NCBI GenBank assembly: GCA_951406725.2
Contig: OX597832.1
Span: 69,998,001-70,062,000, forward strand
Source of the DNA: Octopus vulgaris
Taxonomy: Eukaryota
Length of the DNA: 64,000 nt
Reading direction: 5' to 3'
Below, one piece after another: positions 13,797-26,198 of this stretch. Below the pieces are notes generated by a model. That model searched no databases. It was not told where the DNA came from and saw nothing but the letters and a program-made list of their open reading frames with translations. Both the position numbers and the translations under genes were made by a program. Each line of letters begins with the position of its first letter. Position 1 is the first letter of the stretch.

Positions 13797-13798
<2 letters not shown>
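13395..13798 (+). mobile_element. Hammerhead-containing 302-bp unit with 102-bp terminal redundancy (retrozyme or Penelope pLTR-like)
   Basis: Ungapped direct repeats 13395-13496 and 13697-13798 (13 mismatches by hand count) flank a hammerhead. Confidence 0.7.
13584..13641 (+). ncRNA. Type I hammerhead ribozyme
   Basis: Stem I AGTCG/CGACT; core CTGACGA; stem II GGATT-aa-GATG...CATC-aa-AATCC; GAAA; stem III ATCG-tt-CGAT; AUC triplet, predicted cleavage after C13636. Confidence 0.8.
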
Positions 13799-13835
<37 letters not shown>

Positions 13836-13837
<2 letters not shown>

Positions 13838-14237
13838 CGCAGGGGTGGCTGTTTGGTAAGTAGCTTGCTAACCAACCACATGGTTCCGGGTTCAGTCCCA
13901 CTGCGTGGCATCTTGGGCAAGTGTCTTCTGCTATAGCCCCGGGCCGACCAATGCCTCGTGAGTGGATTTGGTAGACGGAAACTGAAAGAAGCCTGTCGTA
14001 TATATGTATATATATATAAGTGTGTGCGAATATGTTTGTGTGTCTGTGTTTGTTTCCCAGCATTGCTTGACAACCGATGCTAGTGTGTTTACGTCCCCGT
14101 CACTTAGCGGTTCGGCAAAAGAGACCGATAGAATAAGTACTGGGCTTACAAAGAATAAGTCCCGGGGTCGATTTGCTCGACTAAAGGCGGTGCTCCAGCA
14201 TGGCCGCAGTCAAATGACTGAAACAAGTAAAAAGAGT
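13836..14237 (+). mobile_element. Full-length tRNA-derived SINE (octopus OR-like, CORE-type)
   Basis: A box gtggctgtttggtaag, B box gggttcagtccc, cttgggcaagt core, internal (TA/TG)n, 3' tail cagtcaaatgactgaaacaagtaaaaagag. Confidence 0.85.
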
Positions 14238-16635
14238 AAAAAAAAAAAAGAGTATATATATACATATATATTTATATGTATACATATATATATATATACA
14301 TATATATACATATATATATGTATGCATGTATGTATGTATGTTTAGCAAAATCCCTTGTAAATTTTCTTATGGCTCTGGTCGGCTACCACATCTTAACTAT
14401 ATCCTGGAGTAACTCAGGGTATAAGCATTTCTTTAGGTTTGGCAGATACTATAACAATTTTAGCCGCCATAAGGTGAAATTAACATGTGAATCATCACAC
14501 AACATTGATTATTTTACATACACAGACTCAACAACAAAAGATTGAATAAACTGATGCTAGAAAATGAAAATGTAGACCCAAATGGCGCGGATAAGGTGAA
14601 TGGAGCGTATATGAAAGCAAATAAAGAAAAAGAACTAATAAACATTATAACAATAAGAACAGAAATAGACATAACAATAACAGTGAGATAAATGAGCCAG
14701 GCATCAGGAGAGAAAAAAAGAAAACACAATAAGTAACGTGGAAAGAAGGAACAATAGAGATGACGAAATGAACAACTATCACGCAAATGGATGTAATACG
14801 AAGCATAAAGGGAATAAAAGAGCAACGAGAAAGAACCAGACGGCAAAAGAAAAACCAGAAGATGCAGCTCTAGAATCAAAGATTAATACTCACACGTGAA
14901 TAACTGCATGAAAAGGACTATTGTATGTCAATGTGAAGTACAGAGAGATGCACAAGCATGCATATATAGATGCAATTAGGGACCAGATTAAAATTGTCTG
15001 AGAAACAATCTTGCATTCTTGTCTAATGAGTTGAAAAGTCACTGCACATCATTGGCAAACCTCGTGGGGAGACTAAAAGAAAGGGATAAGATACGAAAAA
15101 GAATGGTGTGTGCTGAGGAATACGAGACGATATCATTCACACTCCCGTGTCTGTAACTTATGAATGGAAGAAATAGAAATTATCTAATGTAAGGATTAAT
15201 TAATGAATAAACGCTCAGAAATTATATTTACTTATAGTCATAAGCTTAAAAGCTTATTCATCAGTTTTGAAAACAAACTCTATAAAAATCCCAAAGAACG
15301 TTGAAAAGGCTTTCACAGAAGAACTCACTCACACGGACATATTTATTTGTGTTCATAGGACTATGTTCCTAGGGCTACATTGCTGTGATTTATATGCATG
15401 TCAAAATATTGTTGCTTAATGTAGAAATCATATGACATTCTTAGAAATACACAGCGATAAAGATAAATATTGCCTCTAGGATGTGTAGCAAAATCAACGC
15501 AAAAGCTATAATCCGCACTTGTCTAATCAGTTAAAAACAATCGTGCTTAATGTCTTGCATATAGAGATTAATAAACAAGGTGTCTAACTGGAACGAACAA
15601 AAAATCTTTACAACCACAGTTACTCCAAAAACAATCATTTATTAGAACGGGTGACCTGAGACAAATAGTTTAGATTGGTAATGACAAGAATGACTTGAAA
15701 TTACTAGTAGAATTATAAGACGTAATTGTGATATATTATTTGTTACACGATAAGAGAGTGGCTTACATTAGCGCTGTATATGTGAAACAAGGACAGCACA
15801 AAACTTGGTAAAAATCGGAATTATCAGTGGTCATTAATATGTATACACAAGGTTGAATTACAAAAGTATAACAATCTGAGGCGAATTTCTGGGTTATGCT
15901 AAACTGGACACCATTAATCCAGGAAGAGGTATATTTTGGTAAAAGAGAGGACGTCTAACACTTGACAGTGAAGCTCTTTAAGAAAAGAGGAGTTGAAGTA
16001 AGGGAAAACAAGTGTAGTGTAACGAAGACATTGAGAGCCATGAAAAGCTAAAAAATAAAATTAACATAAACCTTAAAACATTTATTGAAACGACTTATTG
16101 GGTGGGGTGGGGTAGATTAATAATATAATATAGCTTAGACATCTAAAAGATCACACTAGCCATAAAATTGTACCTTTGATTCTTTACTTTCAATTGAACA
16201 AACAGATACCTAAATCGAGCCCTAGTCCTCTGTTTTCCTTCACCATACTATGTAACAAGTAAATCACATTGTTCCTCATATGTTGCGTACCATTTGTATA
16301 GTTGCAATTATTCTGCTGAGTTTTTTGTTGTTGTTTCTGTTTTGTTAGTTGTAAGTAACGCCCACCAACGGAATGAAATCATTTGATGGGGGAGAGTACT
16401 GTACATCCTCCAGCTGATGAATCCTGTAAAATTTGAAAAATTTTCTCGAACTCCTCCCTATGAAAGGGCCACATACAATTGTTGTTGAAAAATATTCAAA
16501 TACATAATGATTGAGAGCATTCTTAAATAATGTGATAAACGAATATGAGAATTGCAACTTAACACGGTTGTGGAATGCAGATATATTTTGTGATACATCA
16601 TTACACATTGTCAACTTCTACCTTTATGTGATTAC

Positions 16636-17518
16636 ATACAAGCGGTGGTAGTCAAAAGAAACCGGAATATTATTTTATTCACTTAGTTTTACATGTTTAC
16701 ACTTTTATCACCTTCAGAGTATTCTCCATTTGAAACAACAAATCGTTCCTGGTGCGTTTTCCACTGTTGGAAGCAGTACTGGAACTCTTGCGAAATGATG
16801 CCTTTTAACGCCTCCGTCGTTCTTTTCTTCACCTCTTTTACATCTGCAAATTCCATATCCTCAGCTTTCGTCACCAGTGATGACCTTCGAAAAAGGTGTC
16901 CGGATCAACTTGTTCTTCCAGTTCACGACACGCATTCAGTCGTGACTGTTTTTCATCTTCTGTGAGCACAAATTTTGCTGCAACTTTTTTCATTTGCAAT
17001 TCCTTGCTCAAAATTCGTTAGCAGGAGCTCCATGAGACACCAGTAATATCAATAAGTTTGTCAGTTGTTCTGTGACGGTCTTCCAAGATCAGTTCATGAA
17101 TTTTCATGATGTTTTCATTCGTCCGGGAGGCCGACAGTCGCCCTGAAGGAATTTGGTCTTCAGGTGAAAAGTGACCATCCCTAAAGCGTCAAAACCACTC
17201 GTAAACTTATGTTTTTCTCATGATAGCCTCCTTGTAAACTGTTTGAAGCATGATAACTGTTGCGGTCGCCCTTTTCCCCAGCAGAAAATAGAATTTCACG
17301 GAAGCACGCTATTCTTTCGTTTTGGTCATCGCAAAAGTCGACGAACGGGTAAGAAGCAGTGGAAAACAAAGACCATATAGCAGTAGGAGTCCTGTTGATG
17401 ACCCTGGTCGACAGAGTGATGCCTGAGGGCCATATAAAGTGGCGTCTAGCAGCACAAGCCTGAATTACAATGGGTTTGTCTCACAGAAAACGTTTCCGGT
17501 TAGGGTGGGGTACTCGTA
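16636..17518 (-). mobile_element. Decayed mariner element (internally deleted transposase pseudogene)
   Basis: Minus strand N-terminus MTKTKE*RASVKFYFLLGK...VYEWF*RFRDG and C-terminus FQYCFQQWKTHQERFVVSNGEYSEGDK; weak TIR remnant aaccggaa. Confidence 0.8.
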
Positions 17519-17693
17519 TGTATGTACTTATGTATGTATGTATGTATATATGTATGTATACATATACATACACACACACGCACATATATGTCCATATTCG
17601 CTATTTCTTCTATCATCACACAAACATATATGTGTGTGAGTGTGTGTGTGTTCGTCTGATAACAAAAGAGACAAATTCGACGAGATATACATA

Positions 17694-17730
<37 letters not shown>

Positions 17731-18405
17731 ACACACGCACGCACACACACACACACACACACACACGTACACACACACACACAAACACATAGACAGAGAG
17801 AGAAAGAGCGAGAGAGAGTAAATGAAAAAGTGAAAATGAATTAAATATTGCCAAGCATTTTTATAGATTGTTTTATGCGATTAGAGTAGAGAAAATCATC
17901 AGGGAGGGCATTAGAGAATATAACCCGTCTTACTTCTTCAAAAGATATCGTAGGTCAGCTGTTATATAAATCAGTCATGAATTAGACTATCACTTTGATG
18001 TATAGCCTAATTTGCATATTTGTTCTCTCTTAGTGGGGCCGTCATTAATTAAAAAATACCCCTTTGATGAAAAGAAAGAAAGACAGAGTAATATCAAAAA
18101 GATGAAACGCAACGCGCCAATATGGGCGTAACAAACAATATAAAGATGTTCTTTCTGTGTTATTGAAGTGTGTAGAAAAGAAAAAGGAGGATCTCTTCAT
18201 GAACCATTTCATAGGCCGTTGACTACTCCTCATAGAATATACACATACGTACACACATGCATACATACATCCATACATATATACATAAATACATACATAC
18301 ATATCACATACATACATACATAACACATACATACATACATAACACATACATACATACATACATGCATACATGCATACATACATACATACATACATATATA
18401 CAAAC

Positions 18406-19554
18406 ACACACCCGTGACAGAAGTAAATAGACACCGTTTTATGTTTATTCTAACTTGTAAAGGTATATATTTTTTATTAATTGAAGCTTTTGTTTTAGGT
18501 TTTGTATGTGACTGTTTAATCATGCTATGTACAAAATAATCCTTGGAACTGTTTGATTTCAAAGAGGCCGTGTTGTGGGTCATTCTGAAGGTGGACATAG
18601 TCAGCATAAAATCGCAGAAAACTTTGGGATCCCGCTTTCTACAGTTAATAGAGTGATTGTGCAATTTACCAGAGAGGGGAAGGAGTCCATATCACCGCAC
18701 CCAGATCAGCCAGAGCCCTTTGGCAGGACCCTTCTCTTTGTTAACAGAAGTGTTGAGGAGAGTCCTCCTTGCAAGGCCTTTGACATAGAAGAACACGTTG
18801 ATGTCAGTCCCAGAACAGCTGTCAGGTATCTCCACAAACTTGGTTACTATGGCAGAGCCGCAAGAAGGAAGCCACATCTTTGACCAGTCAATATGAGGCG
18901 GAGAAAAGATTGGACCAACGAGATGGTGTACAGGCCAGTGGCATTTTGGGACACTTTCATATTTTCTGATGATTCCAGATTTGCTGTATCTCCTGACACT
19001 GGTCGAGTGTGGGTCTGGAGACTGTGATCAAGAATGTGATGTGAAACACGGCAGCTATTCTATGATGGTCTGGAGTGCATTTTGGAGCAATGGTTGATTA
19101 GGGCTAGTGGAGTGTGAGAGAAACATAAATTCAGATAAATATGTGTCCATATTGCAGAAAGGATGCCTTGGAATATTCTTCAATTGTGAAATGTTTAAAC
19201 GAGACTATTTACAGAAGATGGGGCCTGTTGTCACACGGCTAAAATGACCTAAAATTTGTTGGATGAGAATGTCATTAAAAAGATTCCATGGCCAGATATG
19301 AAACCTAGTGAACACCTCTGGGAAATAATGTGCAGGAAACTTCATAAAAAGAACACGAAAGCATCTTCGAAGCCAGATATTTTGAGATTTCTGCATGAAA
19401 CTTGGCAAAAATTTCCGCAAGAAAATATCCATCATCTGATCAATAACATACCAAATAGGGCATGTCTACTAAATATTAAATATTCACATTATAACAATTA
19501 GTAAATAAATTTTAATGATTATAAGGGTATCTATTTACTTCTGTCATATCTGTG
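18406..19554 (+). mobile_element. Tc1-family transposon with frameshifted transposase
   Basis: TIR tgacagaagtaaatagayacc at both ends; [50 protein letters not shown]. Confidence 0.88.
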
Positions 19555-20574
19555 TACATATATGTAACAGAATTTCGAACAGATTTCAGAGGAAATTTCA
19601 GTCAGTTTTTGTCCTTCCGAATCTGTGTAAGTAGGCATTACATTAAAAGTAGCGAAAGATTTTGATCCAGAGCAAAAGTCTTTATCTAATTGCAATGTTC
19701 ATACACTCACACATGTGTGTGTGCGTGTGTGAGAGAGAAAGAGCAAGTGAAAGAGAGACCAGCTTTGTGTATGTCCAAGTGTGTCTGTAAGTATCTATTC
19801 TCCTTTCTAATTTCTGGTACTTGTAATGTGTAATATTCTTTATAGGATTAAGGTAGCTGTCAATTTAGATTCATAATGTGTTTATATTTATGGATTTTAA
19901 AGAGTCAAATTATCGCCACAAACAGTGAAACCAGGCTCTGGCACCGATAACCTTTAAGTCCACCGTTTCAGGTGTTAAACAATAAATAAAGTGGACTGCA
20001 GTAAAGTCTATAAGACACTCGTATCTGACACTGTACCAAATCTGTTCTCCAACGCTCATGTGATACCCATTATATAAAATGGCAAAGGTGTTTAAATGAT
20101 AGTATCAACTGAGTGAAAGAGAAAAGGTCTTGCTGTATAATGCTGTCTCCCATTTAGAGGTGAGAAATGGGAAGTTATGAGATCCACGTTTGAATCATAT
20201 GGAGTCAGTCAGCGATCAAACTAGGAATATGTATATTAAGTGGTGTTCTAGCCCAGAGTTTATTTCTACCAACATTAATACAGCTGCAAAATTTAGCTCA
20301 CTTTTAATATTTATCATTAACTAATTATTTACTGGTTGGAAATTTAATTAAATTAAGTATCTACATACAACTCACTGGGTAGAGCTCTTGAAAATTTAGT
20401 GTTCACTAATCAACTCGAGATAATGTTACCTGCAATCTCGAACTTTTTAAAATGTTTCGAGATATTCACCCTTCTGGACATTTATAGAGGTCATGATGAA
20501 TGTGCATTCTCATACACGTATAACAACAAAAATAACAACAACAATAATGATAACAATTGTAATCCTACAGTATT

Positions 20575-21005
20575 ATAGGATACATACAAACAGGAGGCAA
20601 ATAAATAATAACAGACTAGGCATTGTCATCAAAACTTGAGTCTGAAAAAACATGCCTGTTAATTAATATCACAGTGCCTGCTAATAGAAATATCTCAGCA
20701 AAGAAATTTGAAAAACTCTCGAAATATAAATATCGTGAGGTTGAGATATCTAGGATGCAGCAATTAAAAACAAATAAAAAAAACACATCGCTGTTGGTGT
20801 AGTTGTCCTGGGTATGATCAAGTAAGGTAGTGACAAAACTTTCGACCAGTTCTTGGTAAACCAGCAATCTATGAAACTCAAAAAATTATGCTGACATCAA
20901 CCGCCCACATACTTCAGAAATTTTCTCTCCTTCTAAAATAAATGTGACTTAATTCTCTTGTTGTGACCCGATCGGAAATAAAATAAAATGCAAATCAATC
21001 GGAAA
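20575..21005 (+). mobile_element. R4/Dong-clade LINE 3' fragment (RLE domain and 3' UTR), copy Z
   Basis: TCLLINITVPANRNISAKKFEKLSKYKYREVEISRM, similar to the RLE of copies A-C; flanked by (CAA/TAA)n. Confidence 0.8.
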
Positions 21006-21094
21006 CTAACAGCAACAACAATAATAACAATAACAACAATAATAATAACAATAACAACAACAACAATAATAATAACAACAACAACAATAATAAT

Positions 21095-21286
21095 CACATT
21101 CTATTGTGAAGGAAGCTCGCAAAATCACAACGGATCTCAGCATTAACCCTAAATTAGACGAAGAGCTTGCCACTTCCGCCCGCAAGCTTTCAGTCATACT
21201 GTAATATCTCTAATCTTTCACTCGCCCTAGGACGCTGGGTGTGACTCGGAAGTGATTGTAACAAACATGCAGATTAAATGTAAATG
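21095..21286 (+). mobile_element. Very short Dong-derived insertion (internal piece plus 3' UTR), copy Y
   Basis: HSIVKEARKITTDL resembles the post-RT linker (A: [10 protein letters not shown]; B: FSVFKEADKY); 3' motif cctaggacgctgggtgtgactcgg; sits between TAA tracts. Confidence 0.5.
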
Positions 21287-21353
<67 letters not shown>

Positions 21354-21363
21354 TAATAATAAT
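21287..21363. repeat. (TAA)n tract
   Basis: Directly visible. Confidence 0.95.
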
Positions 21364-21449
21364 AGATGAGGACAGCTGCATCGAACTCTCTCATGCACCA
21401 AATGGCAATTGCTAAAAAGCATTCGTGAAGTAAAATCATGTAGTAACAC

Positions 21450-21500
21450 CAAATGGCGGTGCCCCAGCATGGCCACAGCTCGTGAGCTGAAACTAGATAA
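21450..21500 (+). mobile_element. SINE 3' tail with A-rich end
   Basis: aaatggcggtgccccagcatggccacagct...gagctgaaactag; inverted copy at 45202-45250. Confidence 0.65.
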
Positions 21501-21696
21501 AATAAAAAAAAATAAAATAAAATAAATAAAATAAAAAAAACGAATTATTTTCCAGTTTTTGTCTTTTTTCTTACTGTATTTTCCTGTATTTTAACTCCGA
21601 TATAATATATAACATCTACAAATATATTTTGGAGAACTGGAATGCAGATTTGTTTTATAAGAACACCACTTGGATTATAAACTCATCTACAAAAAT

Positions 21697-21702
21697 ATAA
21701 TA

Positions 21703-21758
<56 letters not shown>
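21697..21758. repeat. (TAA)n tract
   Basis: Directly visible. Confidence 0.95.
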
Positions 21759-21929
21759 CATTATTTCGAACTAATACATCAGAGTGAGCCTTTTATAAGT
21801 TTAAAAGAGGAAGGGAAAAGAAGGAAGGAAAAAGGGGAAGATGGAGATAGAGAGAAAGATAGAGGAAAAAAGGAAGAGAAGGAGGAAAAAAAAGATGTTC
21901 GGAGATAAAACTATCAACAAAAAAAATAC

Positions 21930-24900
21930 AGACGAACACAGATCTGCTAGCCTTAAGAAGCTGCGCTACGAGCAATGCTTACGTGTAGAGAACCCTAAAC
22001 TGACAGATCCATCTCCTAATGTAAGAATGGAAGCTCGTCGTGCTTCAATGTCAACAAATCAAACTGTAAACCGCATTGGTCGTCGCGCGGATTACAAAAG
22101 ACCACGTACCCGAAAATTGAACCAAATTCTGATTGAAAAATCAGCTATTGGATCAAACCTTCCCAAAACACAGGAGCTGGACGTACCCCACAACCGGAAT
22201 ATTCCAGCAGATGGCCATCCATGCTCGTCACCAAATAATCAAAAGAAAAAGAAGTAAAAATGGTCTAGGGAAGATAATAAAGAAGTTCTTGAGGCCTTCT
22301 ACCAAGCCATATTTTTCCCCACAGATAAATCTAACACTGTACAAACATACTTAGACTGGAGACAGAAACACCCTGAAGTAAGACCCTACATAGACAGTAA
22401 CAAACTTGCCAACGTCAGAAGAAAAATTATATAAAAAAAATTACTGACTGAAGTAGAGATTGATCAAGTTAGAAAAGCAATATCTGATAAAATGAACGAA
22501 GCTGCAGCTAGAGAAGATAATACAGAGGAAATAATTATAGACCAGCCCAGGGCTGATAAAAACGAAGTGAGGATTGAAAGAGTTAGTATAAGTGATAAGC
22601 AAAGTGAAATACTCCCCGAACCAATCATAAACACTAAGACAGATGAGCATCAAATAGATAAAGAAAGTCACACAAATATTGACCCAACAGAACTACATGA
22701 GCTAAAAAATCAAATCATGATTGAATGGCTGAAAATTAAAGAAACCAGCAGGGATGAACGTGATACACTCCCTAAAATCCGCAACTCTAACCGAAACATG
22801 AAAATAATTGGTAAAATCCGGCTTGCACTTAAGGATATAATTTCAGCTAATGATGTTGATATCACAAATCTCAACCACCTATATTATGCATCCGCGAAAA
22901 TCTCAACGTTCCTATGTGGTGAAAAGATTAGAAAATGGCAACATTCCCACAAAAAGCCTTCTTGGCAAGAGCCTTTGCAACAACAAATTAAACTATTTAG
23001 ATCTGACATTGAATATTTGAAAAACCTTAAGGTTAACAAGACTACCAAACCTACAAAAACCCCAAAATTACTGAAAAAATACAATATGAAAACTATACTT
23101 GATATTGATGCCACCATAGAAACCATAAAACAAAGGGTATCTGCCAAAGCTGCCCGCATAGCGAGGTATGAAAAGCGTGTTAGATTTTTCAAGGACAACA
23201 ACATGTTCAAAAATAGCCCCAAGAATTTTTACAGGAAGATAGGAAAAACAGCGTTTACTGCAAGGTCTGTACCATCAAAAGAAGAAGTGCAGGGATTTTG
23301 GAATAAAATTTGGGCTGAAGAATAAACACACAACGAAAAGGCCCCCTGGATTGACTGAATATCTACAGAACTGGACCCCTTAGAAGAGCAAAAGTGGGAG
23401 GATGTCAAGGTAGAAGATATAAGATCTGCTCTCAGGAGGTCAAGCAAATGGAAGTCTTCAGGAAAGGATAAAATTCCTAACTTTTGGCTGAATGACTTCC
23501 CAGAGAGCCATGAACTGCTAACAGAACTGTACAATGATGTTTTGCAACACCCTAGTAGGATGCCTCCCTGGCTAGTTAATGGGTTAACATTCCTGCTTCC
23601 AAAAAGTGAAGAAACAAATGAACCAAAAAACTATAGACCCATAATCTGCTTAACAACTATGTATAAAACGCTAACATCTGTCCTGGCGGAATATACTTAT
23701 AGTTTTTTTAACAGACAGCAGCATATTCCCTAATGAACAGAGAGGATGTAAACGTGGATCCTACGGCTGTAAAGATCAACTACTCATCAATAAGATGATC
23801 TTAGAAGATTGCCACAAACGACACAAAAACTTGTCAATAGCCTGGATAGAATATAAAACGGCTTTTGATAGCCTACCACATAGCTGGATTAGGAAATGCC
23901 TGGAAACGTCTAAGATAGCACCTACTCTGCGAGACATTTTCACTGTAAGTATGAGATCATGGAGAACCACACTAACTCTGAACAGTGACAATGAATCCCT
24001 AAATGCTGGTGATGTAAAAATTTCGTGTGGCATTTTCCAGGGTGACTCACTGTCACCACTCCTCTTTTGTTTAGCCTTAATACCTCTCTCAAAATTGCTC
24101 AATGACGCGCAGTACGGGTATAAAATGTTTGATAAAAATATAAATCCTCTCATTTACATGGATGACTTAAAGCTTTTTGCAAAAAATAACCAACAACTCA
24201 AGGGCTTACTAGCGATAATCAAACAATTCAGTGACGACATCAGAATGCAATTCGGGCTCGATAAATGTGCAAAAGCTACCTTTATCAAAGGAAAAATGAC
24301 AGAAACATCTAACGTTAACCGTGACCAGCAGAATGTCATAAAAGAACTAGACCCAGCAGGGGTAATTGAAGGGAACGGAATAAGGCATTCAGAGATGAAG
24401 GAAAGGATCAGGAGAGAATGTTATCGAAGAGTGAGAGCAATACTCAAGATAGAGCTGAATGCAAGAAACAGGATCGAAGCGATCAATGCATTAGCCATAC
24501 CAGTCGTGACTTACAGTTTCAATATCGTTAACTGGTCAATTACTGAAATATGTCAGCTCGACAGAAAAATAAGAAAACTGTTGCCAATGCATAGAATGCA
24601 CCACCCTAAGGCAGATACAGAACGACTTCACCTGCCAAGAAAAGAGGGAGGCCGTGGTCTTTTGCAACTGGCAATAACAATGAAGATTGTTACAATTGGC
24701 CTAGACACCTACCTGAAAAAGTCTGAGGACTGGATGTTAAAACGTGTCTCAAAACATGAAAACAAGAAGGCATCATACTCAGTAACAAAACAGGCAAAGG
24801 AATATCTAAGTGAATTCAGAATACAACCAATTTCGGAATTAGAGATAGACATACAAGAAACAAGCACAGAAAAAGCTAAGCGCATGAAAACCCGTGCCAA

Positions 24901-25890
24901 AACTGCGGCCTTAGATACTTTGAATAATAAATGGCAAGAAAAACCACTCTATGGCAAATACCCAAAGACAGCAAATAATGCAGATATCCACAAAGCCCTG
25001 ACCCATCAATGGCTAATGGCCTCTGGCTTAAAATCTGAAACAGAAGGGTTTATCATCGCAGCTCAAGATCAATGCCTACCAACAAGAAACTACCAGGCCA
25101 ACATATTAAAGAACGGCAGTAGCCCAACATGTCGTGTATGCCGACAACAAAATGAAACCATTGATCATGTTGTCTCCAAATGCAGTCTTCTACCGCCTAC
25201 AGAGTACCTCAACAGGCATGATAGAACTGCACAATATATTCACCGGGTAATTTGCAAAAACCTGGATTTGCCCCATGAAAAAACTGGTGGGAACACCATC
25301 CACGTCCAATGCTTGAAAATGACCATATCTCACTCCTCTGGAACTTCACCATTCAAACTGACAGGAAGATAGATGCAAATAGGCCAGACATCATATTGAA
25401 AGACTTCAGACAAAGAACATGCCTCCTCATTGATATGACTGTCCCAATCGATATAAACGTATCTGTCAAGACCTACCAAAAACTGAGCAAATATAAAGAT
25501 CTTGAAATAGAAATCAGCAAAATGTGGAAGCTGAAGACTAAAACAATACCTGTTGTCATAGGTGCCCTGGGAATGATAGCGAAAGGGGCTGATTGCTACC
25601 TAATTCAGATGCCAGGAAACCCCAAAATGGCAGAAATTCAAAAGATAGTGCTCATGGGAACTGCTCATATCCTACGCAAATATACTCTCTATGTAATCCC
25701 AAGGTTTAAAACAAACTTTGTTTTTTAATTTATGTATTAGGCATTCACTAGTACAACCACCCCAAAAAAAAAACAAATATATGGCACATTAGGCATAACA
25801 ACAACGTGAACTTCCAACCTGTTGTCTGTTGAGGTCTCTGAGTGAGACTTGGAGCCAACTTGTACAGACATAAAGCAAAAGTCAAACATA

Positions 25891-25892
<2 letters not shown>
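21930..25892 (+). mobile_element. Near full-length R4/Dong-clade non-LTR retrotransposon (copy A), RT + CCHC + RLE, with several stops and frameshifts
   Basis: ORF pieces 22492-23325, 23542-23733, 23795-25372, 25309-25728: [66 protein letters not shown]; ends at (TAA)n; 5' boundary approximate. Confidence 0.93.
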
Positions 25893-25972
<80 letters not shown>

Positions 25973-26017
25973 CATAATAATAATAATGGTGATAATAATA
26001 ATAATAATAATGAAAAT

Positions 26018-26082
<65 letters not shown>

Positions 26083-26111
26083 TAATAATAATAATAATAA
26101 TGATGATGATG

Positions 26112-26183
<72 letters not shown>
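25893..26183. repeat. Long (TAA)n tract (~290 bp)
   Basis: Directly visible. Confidence 0.95.
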
Positions 26184-26184
<1 letters not shown>

Positions 26185-26198
26185 GAAGAAGAAGAAGA

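Noticed and set aside
21945-22005. Possible HDV-like ribozyme remnant at the 5' end of copy A (hairpin followed by ccctaa)
   Set aside because: No P1, P3 or P1.1 pairing could be built.
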